A stretch of 64,000 nt of DNA, taken from a phage. Below, piece after piece: positions 18,193 to 27,777 of the stretch (positions are counted from its first letter, which is position 1; every line of letters begins with the position of its first letter). The notes beneath the pieces were generated by a model. It was not told where the DNA came from. It did not search any database and worked only from the letters and a program-made list of their open reading frames with translations. The DNA lies in NCBI GenBank assembly GCA_014685065.1, contig GCA_014685065.1_3930.1; one strand, written 5' to 3'. The translations under genes and the position numbers were made by a program.

Positions 18193-19296
18193 TTAGCCTT
18201 GAGCGTCAGCACGAACATCTACCAGCAACTGAGGACGAGTACAGTATGGCAGCATGTAAGAGTGAGCTTCGAAGTCAATACCTTCGTCACGGTCTTTTTC
18301 GTATTCGAATACGTATAGTTCCTGACCAAGTGTATTTGCATAACCCATCTTAGGACATGGGCCGTATGCAACTTCAAAGATGTTGTTAGCTTCACCCAAC
18401 ATAGATACGTTAGGGAAAGCGTGCCCTACACCAACGTCTGCACCAGCACCATCAATGCTAACCAGAGTATGAACCTTACCACGCTTGTCTTTAAACTTAC
18501 CGTTATACTGGACAAACTTAACGCCACCGTAGTAGAAAGTGTTCATGTGAGCCTGAACGCCGTCGGCACCACCAGTTCTCAGAGAACCAGTAATCTGTTG
18601 CCAAGCCAGCGGAGTCTGCTGTGCAAGATAAGCATCACGAATCTTAGGGTGCTTAGTCAGTTTGCTGAAGAATACACGGTCAACAACTACGTGAATTTCT
18701 TCACCGTTGATTACAGTGCCAGTCTTAGCTTCATCTTCCATGTGCATACGCAGTTCTTCAATAGAAGCGTCGATGTCAGCATTAGGGTTGTCAAGGTCGA
18801 AGTAAATAGTCTTCTTCTCAACGTCGAACTGCTTGTACAGGTCAGCGTACAGAGTACCACGAGCATCAACAACTTTACCCTTCAGAGCTTGCATAAACAG
18901 GAACTCACGAGTAATATCGAACTTGGTACGAATCTTCATCAGCTTCTTGGCACGTACTACAGCTTCAGTAGTCAGTTCGTTTGCAGTGCCTGGCTGACGT
19001 ACACCCTGAATCTCATCAGGAGTAATGCTTTCAACTTCTTTGAAGTACATCATTGGGAAGCTGATTTGACGAACACGCTCAGGTGCGCTAGTCTCTGCTT
19101 TACGGCTATCACGGTCTACCGCATCAAGCAAGCTAACATCCCAATCAGTCAAGTCCATAAGGAAAGTAGTTTGGGTGATTGGTGCTGAACGGAATAGACC
19201 TAAGTTGGAAATATACCCATAAGTATTTGGAATAGACTGGACTTCACCAGTCAGGTCAGCAAGGAAAAATCTGCTTTTTTCAGAATTAGTCAACAT
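18193..19296 (-). CDS. major capsid protein
   Basis: 367 aa; follows protease/scaffold gene; antisense 255-aa ORF inside it judged spurious. Confidence 0.6.
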   Translation of the reverse strand: MLTNSEKSRFFLADLTGEVQSIPNTYGYISNLGLFRSAPITQTTFLMDLTDWDVSLLDAVDRDSRKAETSAPERVRQISFPMMYFKEVESITPDEIQGVRQPGTANELTTEAVVRAKKLMKIRTKFDITREFLFMQALKGKVVDARGTLYADLYKQFDVEKKTIYFDLDNPNADIDASIEELRMHMEDEAKTGTVINGEEIHVVVDRVFFSKLTKHPKIRDAYLAQQTPLAWQQITGSLRTGGADGVQAHMNTFYYGGVKFVQYNGKFKDKRGKVHTLVSIDGAGADVGVGHAFPNVSMLGEANNIFEVAYGPCPKMGYANTLGQELYVFEYEKDRDEGIDFEAHSYMLPYCTRPQLLVDVRADAQG

Positions 19297-19329
19297 TGTA
19301 AAATTCTCCAGAATGTCTTATTATTGTTA

Positions 19330-19707
19330 TTACAGGCCAGTTGGTACGAAATCAATACCTTTAGCAGCCAGAGCTGTCTTGACTGCATCAGCATCAACAC
19401 CTGATTCAAGAGTAAGCAGGTCTTTTAGTTCTGCGTCACGGTAAATACCAACAACTTTCAACTGACCGTGGTAAGACAGTTGTAGGTCTGCGTAAAAGTT
19501 AACGATACATACAGAATCAGCCTGAGCTTCTTCCCCTGCTGCAACTTTAGTACCATCTGCTTTCAGGACTTCACCTACACGGTATTCTATTGAAGCAACT
19601 GGAGTGTACTCTTTGCGAGAGTGACCTGTTGGGGTAACCTGTTCCCAAAGAATGATATCATTCAGAGGTTCTCTTTTACCTAAGTGAGTAAAACCTTCAT
19701 ATGCCAT
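19330..19707 (-). CDS. hypothetical head protein (decoration/scaffold-associated)
   Basis: 125 aa ORF between protease/scaffold and capsid genes. Confidence 0.4.
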   Translation of the reverse strand: MAYEGFTHLGKREPLNDIILWEQVTPTGHSRKEYTPVASIEYRVGEVLKADGTKVAAGEEAQADSVCIVNFYADLQLSYHGQLKVVGIYRDAELKDLLTLESGVDADAVKTALAAKGIDFVPTGL

Positions 19708-19718
19708 TATTGTGTTCC

Positions 19719-21065
19719 TTATTTGATAAGAGATTTTAGAGCATTCTGGAGAGCCAGTTTGCGTTGTTCAGCGGTGTCTTCGGAAGCATTCTTAGCTGGT
19801 TCTTTTTCTTCTTCAACCAAATCAGCTTCGCCGTCATTACCCATTTCTTCCATAGCATTAGAATGTTCAAGAACAGCACCAGCAGTTTCTTTCAGCTTGG
19901 TAATTTCTGATTCTTTTTCTTCCATTGCAGAAGCATGGGACGCGATAGTTTCATTAAGTTTCTGGTTAGCACCTTCCATAGCATTCATAAACAGAACGCT
20001 CAGAGGGTTATCAAGACCAGCACCTAAAATAGTCGTTGCAGCTTCTTTTGCATCAAACCCAAAAGCTTCAGCAGAAGCAGAAATCTTATTAGTCAAATCT
20101 GACAAAGCAGCTTCCTGTTCTTTAGCTTTCATTTGAGCAACCTGAAGACGCAAAGCTTCTAGTTCTTGCTTTTCTTGTTCAGTCATTTCTTCACCTGAAT
20201 TGTTAACGTTTAAACTTACAGGAGCCTCTTCAGAACCTTGTAAGTAATTTAAGAAATCATCTTGAGACATGATTGAGTTAATTAAACCAAGTTCAAGAGC
20301 TTCCTGAGCAGAATAAACATTCGCCTCAGTATTCTTTACAGCTTCTTCAGAGAGATTACGAGATTCAGCTACAAAACCTGTAAAGGTTGCGTAGGTATCA
20401 TTAATTCTCTTTTGAAGTCTTTCTTTGCTTTCTTCTGAAAGTGCTTGGAATGGTGAACCCATACCTTTAAACTCACCAGCTTTGATGACGTTAATTGTTA
20501 CGCCATTCTTTTCAAATGCCTTAGTTAATTCCTGATGAACCATGATTACACCAATAGAACCAACATCTGCATCTGGTGATGCAATAATTTCTTCAGCAGA
20601 AGATGCAAGAGCGTATGCAGCGGAACAAGCGAACTCATCTACATAAGCAATAATTTTCTTTTGGCCTCTTGAAGCCATAATGTGACGTGCTAATTCAAAG
20701 CAACCTGAAGCTTCACCACCACCAGAATCGATGTGCAGAACAATAGTCTTGATTGACTCATCTGCTAAAGCTTCGTCAAAGCCTCTACGCAAACCTTCAT
20801 AAGAGCTTAATCCACCTGTACACATTGCATCAATGAATGTCATACGATGGGTTAAACCACCCATAATAGGGATAATAGCAATGTCATCTTTCACTTTTAA
20901 AAGACTTCTTGCTTCACCTTTGGGTTTATCAAAGTTTACTGCTGCTTGGACATCACCCAGCAATCTGTTATTCACATAAGTTGCTGCTGAGTGAGCTAAT
21001 GATTCAGTGGCTAGTAAAGGTTGGTTGAATAATCTATCAGCAAGTCTGAAGATATTCGAACTCAT
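19719..21065 (-). CDS. prohead protease (ClpP/S49 family) fused to scaffold-like coiled-coil domain
   Basis: 448 aa; N-terminal serine-protease motifs (LHIDSGGGEASG, IAYVDEFACSAAYALAS); C-terminal Glu/Lys/Ala-rich helical region. Confidence 0.65.
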   Translation of the reverse strand: MSSNIFRLADRLFNQPLLATESLAHSAATYVNNRLLGDVQAAVNFDKPKGEARSLLKVKDDIAIIPIMGGLTHRMTFIDAMCTGGLSSYEGLRRGFDEALADESIKTIVLHIDSGGGEASGCFELARHIMASRGQKKIIAYVDEFACSAAYALASSAEEIIASPDADVGSIGVIMVHQELTKAFEKNGVTINVIKAGEFKGMGSPFQALSEESKERLQKRINDTYATFTGFVAESRNLSEEAVKNTEANVYSAQEALELGLINSIMSQDDFLNYLQGSEEAPVSLNVNNSGEEMTEQEKQELEALRLQVAQMKAKEQEAALSDLTNKISASAEAFGFDAKEAATTILGAGLDNPLSVLFMNAMEGANQKLNETIASHASAMEEKESEITKLKETAGAVLEHSNAMEEMGNDGEADLVEEEKEPAKNASEDTAEQRKLALQNALKSLIK

Positions 21066-21076
21066 TTTTACTCACC

Positions 21077-21409
21077 CTATTTGTTTAAATCTACAGAGAC
21101 TGAAGAGATAACATAGATACCTTCTTCAGCGAAGAATTGAGGTTTGCTAAGAGCACCAGTTGCCACGCATTTATCGTTAGCATCCCACAAGCTATAGTGT
21201 GAGACCGTTGCAGAAGCTGGAACAGTAATATTAACTGTATCTTCTGAGGCAATTAAGCCATTATCCGGTTCAGAAAAATAAATAGCCACTGGCTGAGTAA
21301 CCTTATTTGCTGTAGGGTCTGCCGTTGGGTCTACATTGTGTAAAATAATAGTCGTTGGGGTTAGCGTGGCGAGGATTTTATTCTTACCATCAATAGTTAA
21401 TGTTCCCAT
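21077..21409 (-). CDS. hypothetical head-associated protein
   Basis: 110 aa ORF. Confidence 0.4.
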   Translation of the reverse strand: MGTLTIDGKNKILATLTPTTIILHNVDPTADPTANKVTQPVAIYFSEPDNGLIASEDTVNITVPASATVSHYSLWDANDKCVATGALSKPQFFAEEGIYVISSVSVDLNK

Positions 21410-21909
21410 TAATTAAACCTTACTTTTTGTTTAAGGACTGTTGAATGGTTACCAGATTCATCTACCACATTTACAATCATATCATATACTTTGCCTTTGA
21501 CAAGTACTTTGTAATCATTTTGTGAAAAAATGTATTCAAGTCTGTTTGTTTCTTTATTAACTGTCATTGGAGATTGAAATGCAGTGTCGAGGGTAATGAA
21601 AGCGGCTTCAATGCTATTAACATTGATACGTTTATTCTCGCAGTTATATAACTTTACACCCAAAAGGCATGAACTGTCAAATGGAATTTTAACAATTTCA
21701 CTACAATTTCCTAAAATAAACGGTTTTCCACTCATTGGTGCATCAAGTAACCTGCAAATAGTGAAAACGTCAGAGGTTCCACCATCACTTACATAACCTG
21801 AAAGGCTGACCCTTGAGCCAGCCTCTACAGATAATTTGTCAGTGATAATAAGAACACCTCTATACGAATGCACTCGTGTAGCATTTGAAATAGAGATAAC
21901 TTCAGCCAT
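21409..21909 (-). CDS. hypothetical head-associated protein
   Basis: 166 aa ORF; start overlaps portal stop. Confidence 0.4.
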   Translation of the reverse strand: MAEVISISNATRVHSYRGVLIITDKLSVEAGSRVSLSGYVSDGGTSDVFTICRLLDAPMSGKPFILGNCSEIVKIPFDSSCLLGVKLYNCENKRINVNSIEAAFITLDTAFQSPMTVNKETNRLEYIFSQNDYKVLVKGKVYDMIVNVVDESGNHSTVLKQKVRFN

Positions 21910-23384
21910 TATTTATTTGCCTTATTTGCTGTGCTTGGGTCTTTCGCTGAAGGTGTCTTTGCAGTACCTTCTCCAGCGGTCTTATAACCATCTCCTGAAC
22001 GGCTTTGACTATTTGGAGAAAGCTTTTCAGATACTGGCTGAGACTCATCAGCAGGAGGAAGACCAATATGCTCTCTAAGCTTGTTAGATAGCTCTTTGTC
22101 AACTTCCAAAGCACCTACTGCAACAGTCTTCTGGATATAAGAACCAATTGCTTCAAGGTCTGGAGTTTCGATATCATCATATGTGATTTGTACATGTTCT
22201 TCATCATCCCACATATTAAGAGCATAAGTCTGTGCAACTAAATCACGGTTAATTACGTTCTTAATTTGCTTCAGCAGAATATCCACTGACATTGCTAGTA
22301 AGCTTGTCTTAGAATCTGCAAGAGAGAATGAACCGTATTTTGACTGACCCATAGCAAGAACATCTGACATGAATGCCATCATAATCTGCTTGGAATATCT
22401 GTCAATAATAGAACCTGTATCATATGCTTTAGCACCCTGTCTAGAAACTAATGAGAACTCGAAAATATCCTCTTTAGTATCTGGGTCGATATATCTAGGC
22501 CAGATTAAACCTGCTCTATCATTAGCAATCATATCGTTAACAACAGTTTTGCAGTATTGTACGAAAGCTTTCTTTTCAGGTTCTGCATTTTCATCCAGAT
22601 AATCTGGTGGTAAACCAATCTTTGGCATACCTACCAAGTCTCTTGAAACACCAACGGCTTCGTACTCTTCAATCTGAACTTTATACTTCCACGGTACATA
22701 GGCATTAAGTAATGGTGAACGACCTTCTGGGTTTCCATATTCATCATCATACTTAAACAGCATGAATTTAGCTCGTGGAAGTTTTCTTGTTAGTGGCCTT
22801 TCTCCGAGATTAATTGCCCCAGCAATATGTGAAACATTTCTCAGATTCTGTCTAACACCAGTAACTTTTCTAAAGTCTTCGTCAAAATACCACTTATCAA
22901 GTGTTGATTGGTTTCTGATTGGTAATTTAGCCCATCCAATTAGACCATCATCAAATTTTGACTGGTACTTTCCTTTTTTACCCTGTCGCTTCTTATAAAC
23001 TTTCTCGTTAACACAGAACCCATAAGTGCAGAATGACATTACAGAATTAATAAAATCTGCCCAATCATGCTCCATGTCATCCATTAAAGAATTAAAGAAG
23101 TCTGCTCTTTCAAGCATTTTAGGGTCTTGCTCTTTTCCCTTTGGAGGTACGAATCTCCAGTTGACTTTTCTGACAAACATCTTAATAATATTTACAGATG
23201 CTGCTACAGCAGGGTCACGCATCATTAATTGGAAAGTTTTAATACTTTCAGGGAACCTTAGTGCCTGACGAGGTTCTTCATAGATTCTTCCATTCTTAAC
23301 CTTCAGACCCAAAGAACCTACTTCACCCATTCTAAATGGTGGTAAGCTTTCTTGTGTTTCTGTAATATCTGCCATTCTTCTCAC
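21909..23384 (-). CDS. portal protein
   Basis: 491 aa; immediately downstream of large terminase; acidic/basic C-terminal tail. Confidence 0.6.
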   Translation of the reverse strand: MRRMADITETQESLPPFRMGEVGSLGLKVKNGRIYEEPRQALRFPESIKTFQLMMRDPAVAASVNIIKMFVRKVNWRFVPPKGKEQDPKMLERADFFNSLMDDMEHDWADFINSVMSFCTYGFCVNEKVYKKRQGKKGKYQSKFDDGLIGWAKLPIRNQSTLDKWYFDEDFRKVTGVRQNLRNVSHIAGAINLGERPLTRKLPRAKFMLFKYDDEYGNPEGRSPLLNAYVPWKYKVQIEEYEAVGVSRDLVGMPKIGLPPDYLDENAEPEKKAFVQYCKTVVNDMIANDRAGLIWPRYIDPDTKEDIFEFSLVSRQGAKAYDTGSIIDRYSKQIMMAFMSDVLAMGQSKYGSFSLADSKTSLLAMSVDILLKQIKNVINRDLVAQTYALNMWDDEEHVQITYDDIETPDLEAIGSYIQKTVAVGALEVDKELSNKLREHIGLPPADESQPVSEKLSPNSQSRSGDGYKTAGEGTAKTPSAKDPSTANKANK

Positions 23385-23391
23385 CTAGCTA

Positions 23392-25008
23392 TCAACGTCT
23401 AAGCCCCTCATATGGGTTTCCTCTCACTAAATCTGTGTGAGCACCCATTGATGGTGGCTTGAATAATTTAACTTCGTTAAGACTGTTGAAAGCATCACTG
23501 GTAGCATCCACTTGGTCATCTTTAGTTTTACCGTCACCACAAAAGCCTTCAAGTTCTTGAAAGTAAGCTTCATTCCAACTACCTCTCAAGACTTTTACAA
23601 GTCCAGCTTCAGAAGCAGCAGAAAATCCCGCAAAGCGGGTAACTTTATCTTTATTTGTTGGTTTGGCTCTTGCTCGATAACCTTTCTCGGCAAGTTTCCT
23701 GATGAGGGATGTTGCGTAGGATTTACCAGCAGCGCCTGGGTCTTGAGGGATAAAAATACCAGTTCGCTTACCGTCACTTTCAGCAGTCAAATTAATTTGT
23801 GTTTCGACTCCAGAGGGTCTATCTCTAAATCTTACTACATCAATGATATAATAGCAACCGTCTTTTTTAGATTTACCCATCTTAACACCTGCTGTCCAGT
23901 CTGGATTAGGGTTAATCTCAGATGGTAAAGTTGCTGCTAAGTCCCATGCTCTAACATCAAATACATCTTCTGGGAGTGAATCAACAATTTCACACCATTG
24001 TCTTTGCCAATAGTTTGAACCTTCTGCACGAGCCTTCCAGTTACCGAAACGAAGTCTTGCAACGTTTACAGGAGTGTTGTTTTCCAACTTACCACGGTAC
24101 TTAGGCTCTAAGAAGTCAAGGATTGGGTTATCATCAATCGTACCAGAAATAAAGGTGTATGTTTGAGGAATCTCAAGGGGGAACATTTCAAGAATCTTGT
24201 CTCTCTCCCAATCAGAAACCATCACGCCATCGTGCATTACATACCAACGAATACGACCACATTTTTCAGGGTCTGGGTAGCCTTCTTCATCTAAGAATGG
24301 CTCTACCCAATCGTAAATAAAGTGGTCTCTGTCTGGGTTCATGGAAATCTTCATGTATGAATCGCCTTCAGCACCAGAACGTAGACGGGTTTGTAGGTAT
24401 GAAATCTGTGAAGCAGAGAAGTGTGTACCTTCGTCAAAGTAAATAGCTGAGTATTCAATACCCTGATGACCTTCAGCGTGCTTTTCAAGTTCTAGGTAGG
24501 TAAACTTGATAGTTGCCCCAGAAGGGAATGTGATAGTCATTTTCTGCTCGTGAGGAATCCCACCAAACTTACCAAATAGTTTCTTTGCAGCAGGCCATAA
24601 ACCACCTTGTAACTGTGTTGTATTTCGACGGAAATATACAGCATTATAGTTAGGGTCTTCAATAAATCTTAAAGAGTCCATTAACAATGCGGCAGTCTTA
24701 CCAGCACCAGCAGCACCACCATAGAGAACCAAGTCAGCATTAGTATTTAAAAAGACCTCTTGAGAACCCGGCTGAGGGGCTACATAGTTCTTATCAGTCA
24801 TCAATTTAAAGATAAGGCGAACTTGGTCTGGTGTGTATCTTAATAAAGTCAGAATTTGAGTTGGAAGGAATTTAGAGGGGTCTTTACCGAATGATTTAAT
24901 AATTTCTTTTACTTCATCAGAAAGCCCCAACTCTCCAGCTAGGACTTTCCTAACATCTTCCACTCGCTTCTGCTTAACAGCATTTAAGTCCATTAAGCGC
25001 CTCCGCAA
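23392..25008 (-). CDS. terminase large subunit
   Basis: 538 aa; Walker A (LVLYGGAAGAGKTAALL), Walker B-like (IYFDEGTHF) and C-terminal nuclease acidic motifs. Confidence 0.85.
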   Translation of the reverse strand: MRRRLMDLNAVKQKRVEDVRKVLAGELGLSDEVKEIIKSFGKDPSKFLPTQILTLLRYTPDQVRLIFKLMTDKNYVAPQPGSQEVFLNTNADLVLYGGAAGAGKTAALLMDSLRFIEDPNYNAVYFRRNTTQLQGGLWPAAKKLFGKFGGIPHEQKMTITFPSGATIKFTYLELEKHAEGHQGIEYSAIYFDEGTHFSASQISYLQTRLRSGAEGDSYMKISMNPDRDHFIYDWVEPFLDEEGYPDPEKCGRIRWYVMHDGVMVSDWERDKILEMFPLEIPQTYTFISGTIDDNPILDFLEPKYRGKLENNTPVNVARLRFGNWKARAEGSNYWQRQWCEIVDSLPEDVFDVRAWDLAATLPSEINPNPDWTAGVKMGKSKKDGCYYIIDVVRFRDRPSGVETQINLTAESDGKRTGIFIPQDPGAAGKSYATSLIRKLAEKGYRARAKPTNKDKVTRFAGFSAASEAGLVKVLRGSWNEAYFQELEGFCGDGKTKDDQVDATSDAFNSLNEVKLFKPPSMGAHTDLVRGNPYEGLRR

Positions 25009-25014
25009 ATAGAA

Positions 25015-25215
25015 TTATTCAGAGTCTGTAGCAGTCTCTTCTTTCTTAACTTCGAATTTAGCATCAACAGCATCAAGAAGTGCATCCATAGATGCCTCTT
25101 TAATATCAATACCTGTTGCTACAGATAATCTGTCTGCAATTGCCATGATAGTGTTCTGCATAAATTCCAGCTTTTTGTTAGCTTCATAAAGTTCTTTATA
25201 AACGGTCTCGCTCAT
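25015..25215 (-). CDS. hypothetical protein upstream of terminase (small-terminase candidate is unproven)
   Basis: 66 aa acidic ORF; SD GGAGAAAACATA before ATG. Confidence 0.4.
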   Translation of the reverse strand: MSETVYKELYEANKKLEFMQNTIMAIADRLSVATGIDIKEASMDALLDAVDAKFEVKKEETATDSE

Positions 25216-25249
25216 TATGTTTTCTCCAAATAATTAACCATGTTTCCCC

Positions 25250-25276
25250 TTAAAAAAGACGGCACAGAGACCGTCA
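25250..25276 (-). terminator. rho-independent terminator downstream of tRNA cluster
   Basis: Minus-sense hairpin GACGG-TCTCTGTG-CCGTC followed by UUUUUU. Confidence 0.5.
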
Positions 25277-25338
25277 AGGAGAAACCACAATGTACGTCAG
25301 AGACATACTGTATAAGTCTTCCTATAAAGTATAACTCT

Positions 25339-25401
25339 GTAAAAAAGCCCTGTCTAAAAATACTCTTCGGTAGCGAAAGGAAGAATACTTATAGCAGGGC
25401 A
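25339..25401 (-). terminator. long imperfect hairpin plus U-tract (terminator or processing site) after first tRNA
   Basis: Minus-sense GCCCTG...CAGGGC arms with internal AAGTATTCTTC/GAAGAGTATTT pairing, followed by UUUUUU. Confidence 0.45.
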
Positions 25402-25437
25402 TTATTATTATTTTAATTGAGAGAGAGTAAAATAACT

Positions 25438-25513
25438 TGGAGAATCCGAAGGGACTCGAACCCTTATAAACCTGTTTTGCAGACAGGCACATAGCCATTT
25501 CTGTCACGGATTC
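25438..25513 (-). tRNA. tRNA-Cys (anticodon GCA)
   Basis: Hand-folded cloverleaf: acceptor GAATCCG/CGGATTC, anticodon loop CTGCAAA, T-loop TTCGAGT, CCA encoded. Confidence 0.65.
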
Positions 25514-25517
25514 AAAT

Positions 25518-25610
25518 TGGAGGAAGATACCAGACTTGAACTGGTACACCGATTTCTCAGCTACTGGCAGTTTAGCAAACTGCTCCCTTACCTTTTAGGG
25601 TTAATCTTCC
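25518..25610 (-). tRNA. tRNA-Ser (anticodon GCU), class II
   Basis: 93 nt; acceptor GGAAGAT/ATCTTCC, anticodon loop TTGCTAA, long variable arm, T-loop TTCAAGT, CCA encoded. Confidence 0.6.
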
Positions 25611-25611
25611 A

Positions 25612-26346
25612 TTATTTCTGTAATGCGTTCTTCATTTCTGGTGTTGCAATAGTGTCAATTACACCAGTTTTACAGGCATCATCAAACCAGTCTGGTAAGA
25701 TACCTGCTAAGAACCCATTGATATTCGTTTTAAGGTACTCTGCAATAAGGGCAGCTTCTTCTTCAATCATCTGCACAACTTCATCTGCATAAGCTGTAAT
25801 CTTTGAGATACCTTCATTAATCTTACTGACAGCTTGGTTAGCTAAATCAGAAACAGTATCAAGACCCTTGTCAATAGCGTCTTGTAAGTCACTTAATACA
25901 TCGTTAACACTCTCTAGTGTACTGTTAATCGTATCAATAGCTTTTTGACCATATTCTGTAGCAACACCCATAATACCACTGAACGGTGTACAACCAACTT
26001 GTTCTCCTGCTGCACCCATAACATTGGAATATCCATTTGCTACCTGCATACGTGATGAAAACTCATCAATAGATTTTTGACCGTAGTCTGTCAGGGTCTT
26101 AGTAGTTGCTGTAGTGCTTGTAAGGCTTGTTGTAAAGCTGTTTAGAAGGACTGTTGTAAGTCCAGCAGCAACAAGTTTCTCCTGCATTGTAGGGTCTGTT
26201 ACAGAACTAATAGAGCTTACAAGTGATGTAGAAGCAGCTACGGTTCCACCGAGAACTGCTGCACCAGTAATAAGTGGGTTAGAAAACCCTTTACCGGTTT
26301 TTAAGAGATTAAAAATCTCCTTACCTTGTTCTGTCATCTCTTTCAT
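25612..26346 (-). CDS. hypothetical protein within tRNA cluster
   Basis: ORF track start 26409 overlaps tRNA-Phe; start moved to internal ATG (MKEMTEQ...); Ser/Thr-rich middle, helical C-terminus. Confidence 0.45.
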   Translation of the reverse strand: MKEMTEQGKEIFNLLKTGKGFSNPLITGAAVLGGTVAASTSLVSSISSVTDPTMQEKLVAAGLTTVLLNSFTTSLTSTTATTKTLTDYGQKSIDEFSSRMQVANGYSNVMGAAGEQVGCTPFSGIMGVATEYGQKAIDTINSTLESVNDVLSDLQDAIDKGLDTVSDLANQAVSKINEGISKITAYADEVVQMIEEEAALIAEYLKTNINGFLAGILPDWFDDACKTGVIDTIATPEMKNALQK

Positions 26347-26362
26347 TAAGCACCTTTGAAAT

Positions 26363-26439
26363 TGGTAGTCCAGTGGGATTTGAACCCTCTTCTCATGTTT
26401 TTCAGACACGCGCTTTAACCATATAAGCTACTTGGACTA
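26363..26439 (-). tRNA. tRNA-Phe (anticodon GAA)
   Basis: Acceptor TAGTCCA/TGGACTA, anticodon stem CGTGT/ACATG with loop CTGAAAA, T-loop TTCAAAT. Confidence 0.55.
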
Positions 26440-26444
26440 TAAAT

Positions 26445-26520
26445 TGGGGTGACCTACGGGATTTGAACCCGTATAGACCATGTTCACAGCATGGGTCATT
26501 GCCATTTATGATAAGGCCAC
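26445..26520 (-). tRNA. tRNA-His (anticodon GUG)
   Basis: Acceptor GTGGCCT/AGGTCAC, anticodon loop CTGTGAA, T-loop TTCAAAT, CCA encoded. Confidence 0.65.
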
Positions 26521-26551
26521 ATTTAAGGACTCTCGTAAGAACCCTTAGAAG

Positions 26552-26627
26552 TGGCAGCGGCATAAGGATTTGAACCTTAATAGGACAGCTTCAGAGACTG
26601 TTGCATTGCCAGTTATGCTATACCGCT
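26552..26627 (-). tRNA. tRNA-Gln (anticodon CUG)
   Basis: Acceptor AGCGGTA/TGCCGCT, D-stem GCAT/ATGC, anticodon loop CTCTGAA, T-stem TAAGG/CCTTA, CCA encoded. Confidence 0.6.
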
Positions 26628-26632
26628 AAATT

Positions 26633-26711
26633 TGGTACTCCATATCGGATTCGAACCGATACATAACACAGATTTTAAGTCTGGCCTCTCTGCCAATTGG
26701 AGTAATGGAGC
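26633..26711 (-). tRNA. tRNA with anticodon UAA (Leu-type) but class I architecture
   Basis: Acceptor GCTCCAT/ATGGAGT, A73, anticodon loop CTTAAAA, perfect T-arm ATCGG-TTCGAAT-CCGAT; short variable region. Confidence 0.45.
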
Positions 26712-26713
26712 AT

Positions 26714-26788
26714 TGGCGGGGGATGTTGGAATTGAACCAACTTCTTCGATTTCAAAGACCGAGGTTTTAACCTTGTAAACTAATCCCC
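26714..26788 (-). tRNA. tRNA-Gln (anticodon UUG)
   Basis: Anticodon stem TCGGT/ATCGA, loop CTTTGAA, T-arm GTTGG-TTCAATT-CCAAC, CCA encoded. Confidence 0.55.
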
Positions 26789-26797
26789 TTTAAATCT

Positions 26798-27355
26798 TTA
26801 CTTTCTCAGTGGATGAATAAAGAATGCCAACATAACTCTTTCCCTTGAGAATGCTCTTTCTTCTGGGACAACACTTTTTAGTTTCCATCCAATATAAATT
26901 CTCCAGTAAAACTGTTTACCAAAGACTTTAATTGATGGGATAAAAGCGAATAATCCCCAAGCATTACTGTTCCACATTAGGAGATAACCTGTCTGATTAT
27001 CTTCAGGGTCAGAACTTACGTTGATATTACCTTTCCACTTAGTAACATCTTTTACATCTCTTCCTAATACATGGTAAGAGAAGTTATAAGCTTTGTTTCT
27101 CCAGAGCCATCCGACTCTCTGCATGTAGACACCCAGCTTACCAATCTTTCTAATCTTAGCCCATCGTTCGATATGACCTTCGTCACCATCAATTGGATTG
27201 TCATATGTCTCCATCCATCTAAATCCGAAAGGTAAGTGGCCTTTCTTCTCACTGTAAAATGGAACTACGAAAGGTGCTAAGATAACTGCTAAGGTTGCTG
27301 CTAATGGTTCTAGCAAAGCTAGGAAAATCCATGAAGCATATTTTAAATATCTCAT
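26798..27355 (-). CDS. hypothetical membrane protein within tRNA cluster
   Basis: 185 aa; N-terminal hydrophobic segments, Trp-rich; sits exactly between two tRNAs. Confidence 0.5.
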   Translation of the reverse strand: MRYLKYASWIFLALLEPLAATLAVILAPFVVPFYSEKKGHLPFGFRWMETYDNPIDGDEGHIERWAKIRKIGKLGVYMQRVGWLWRNKAYNFSYHVLGRDVKDVTKWKGNINVSSDPEDNQTGYLLMWNSNAWGLFAFIPSIKVFGKQFYWRIYIGWKLKSVVPEERAFSRERVMLAFFIHPLRK

Positions 27356-27364
27356 CTAAATAGC

Positions 27365-27440
27365 CTCTTTAAATTGGCGCAGGATAAGGGATTCGAACCC
27401 CTATTAACAGCTTCGTAGACTGTTGCTCTATCCATTTGAA
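27365..27440 (-). tRNA. tRNA-Arg (anticodon ACG)
   Basis: Acceptor GCAGGAT/ATCCTGC, anticodon stem ACAGT/GCTGT, loop CTACGAA, T-loop TTCGAAT, CCA encoded. Confidence 0.65.
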
Positions 27441-27445
27441 CTAAT

Positions 27446-27523
27446 CCTGCAAAATTGGTGTTCCAAGACGGATTCGAACCGTCACTAGTACAAGGTTTGA
27501 GCTTGCATCCTCTGCCAATTGGG
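27446..27523 (-). tRNA. tRNA with anticodon CAA (Leu-type), class I architecture
   Basis: Acceptor GTTCCAG/TTGGAAC, A73, anticodon stem GCAAG/CTTGT, loop CTCAAAC, T-arm GACGG-TTCGAAT-CCGTC. Confidence 0.45.
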
Positions 27524-27524
27524 A

Positions 27525-27599
27525 TACTGGAACATGGTACTCACTAAAGGACTTGAACCTTTTTCTTCATCTTGTAAGGGTGGTGTTTTACCATATAAA
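27525..27599 (-). tRNA. tRNA, probable Val (anticodon UAC); weak anticodon stem
   Basis: Good acceptor, D and T arms (AAAGG-TTCAAGT-CCTTT); loop CTTACAA but anticodon stem has two C/A mismatches. Confidence 0.35.
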
Positions 27600-27604
27600 C
27601 TAAG

Positions 27605-27690
27605 CGAGTATGAAAGAGGTCTGAAGTTGTGCCGCTAACTCAACTCCGTGGAATTTGTTACGGTCTTCAGTTGACACCAGCGGTCTTTCA
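27605..27690 (-). repeat. structured spacer element (CUGAAGACCG family, copy e)
   Basis: Closing inverted repeat AGAGGTC...GACCTCT; internal CTGAAG...CTTCAG stem; contains ACGGTCTTCAG box shared with the other spacers. Confidence 0.4.
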
Positions 27691-27694
27691 CTTG

Positions 27695-27771
27695 ACCTCT
27701 GAATTGGTGCTGCTCACAGGACTCGAACCTGCATTTCCATCCTTACAAGGGATGTGTAATAGCCAATTATA
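27695..27771 (-). tRNA. tRNA-Thr (anticodon UGU)
   Basis: Acceptor GCTGCTT/GAGCAGC, anticodon stem CATCC/GGATG, loop CTTGTAA, CCA encoded. Confidence 0.65.
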
Positions 27772-27777
27772 CGAAAG

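Noticed and set aside
18421-19188. 255-aa plus-strand ORF inside the major capsid gene
   Set aside because: Antisense to a well-supported structural gene, low-complexity composition and no RBS; taken as a chance ORF.
25322-25792. Track ORFs 25322-25549 (minus) and 25517-25792 (plus) at the start of the tRNA cluster
   Set aside because: They overlap the terminator hairpin and the tRNA-Cys and tRNA-Ser genes; the sequence is better explained as RNA genes.
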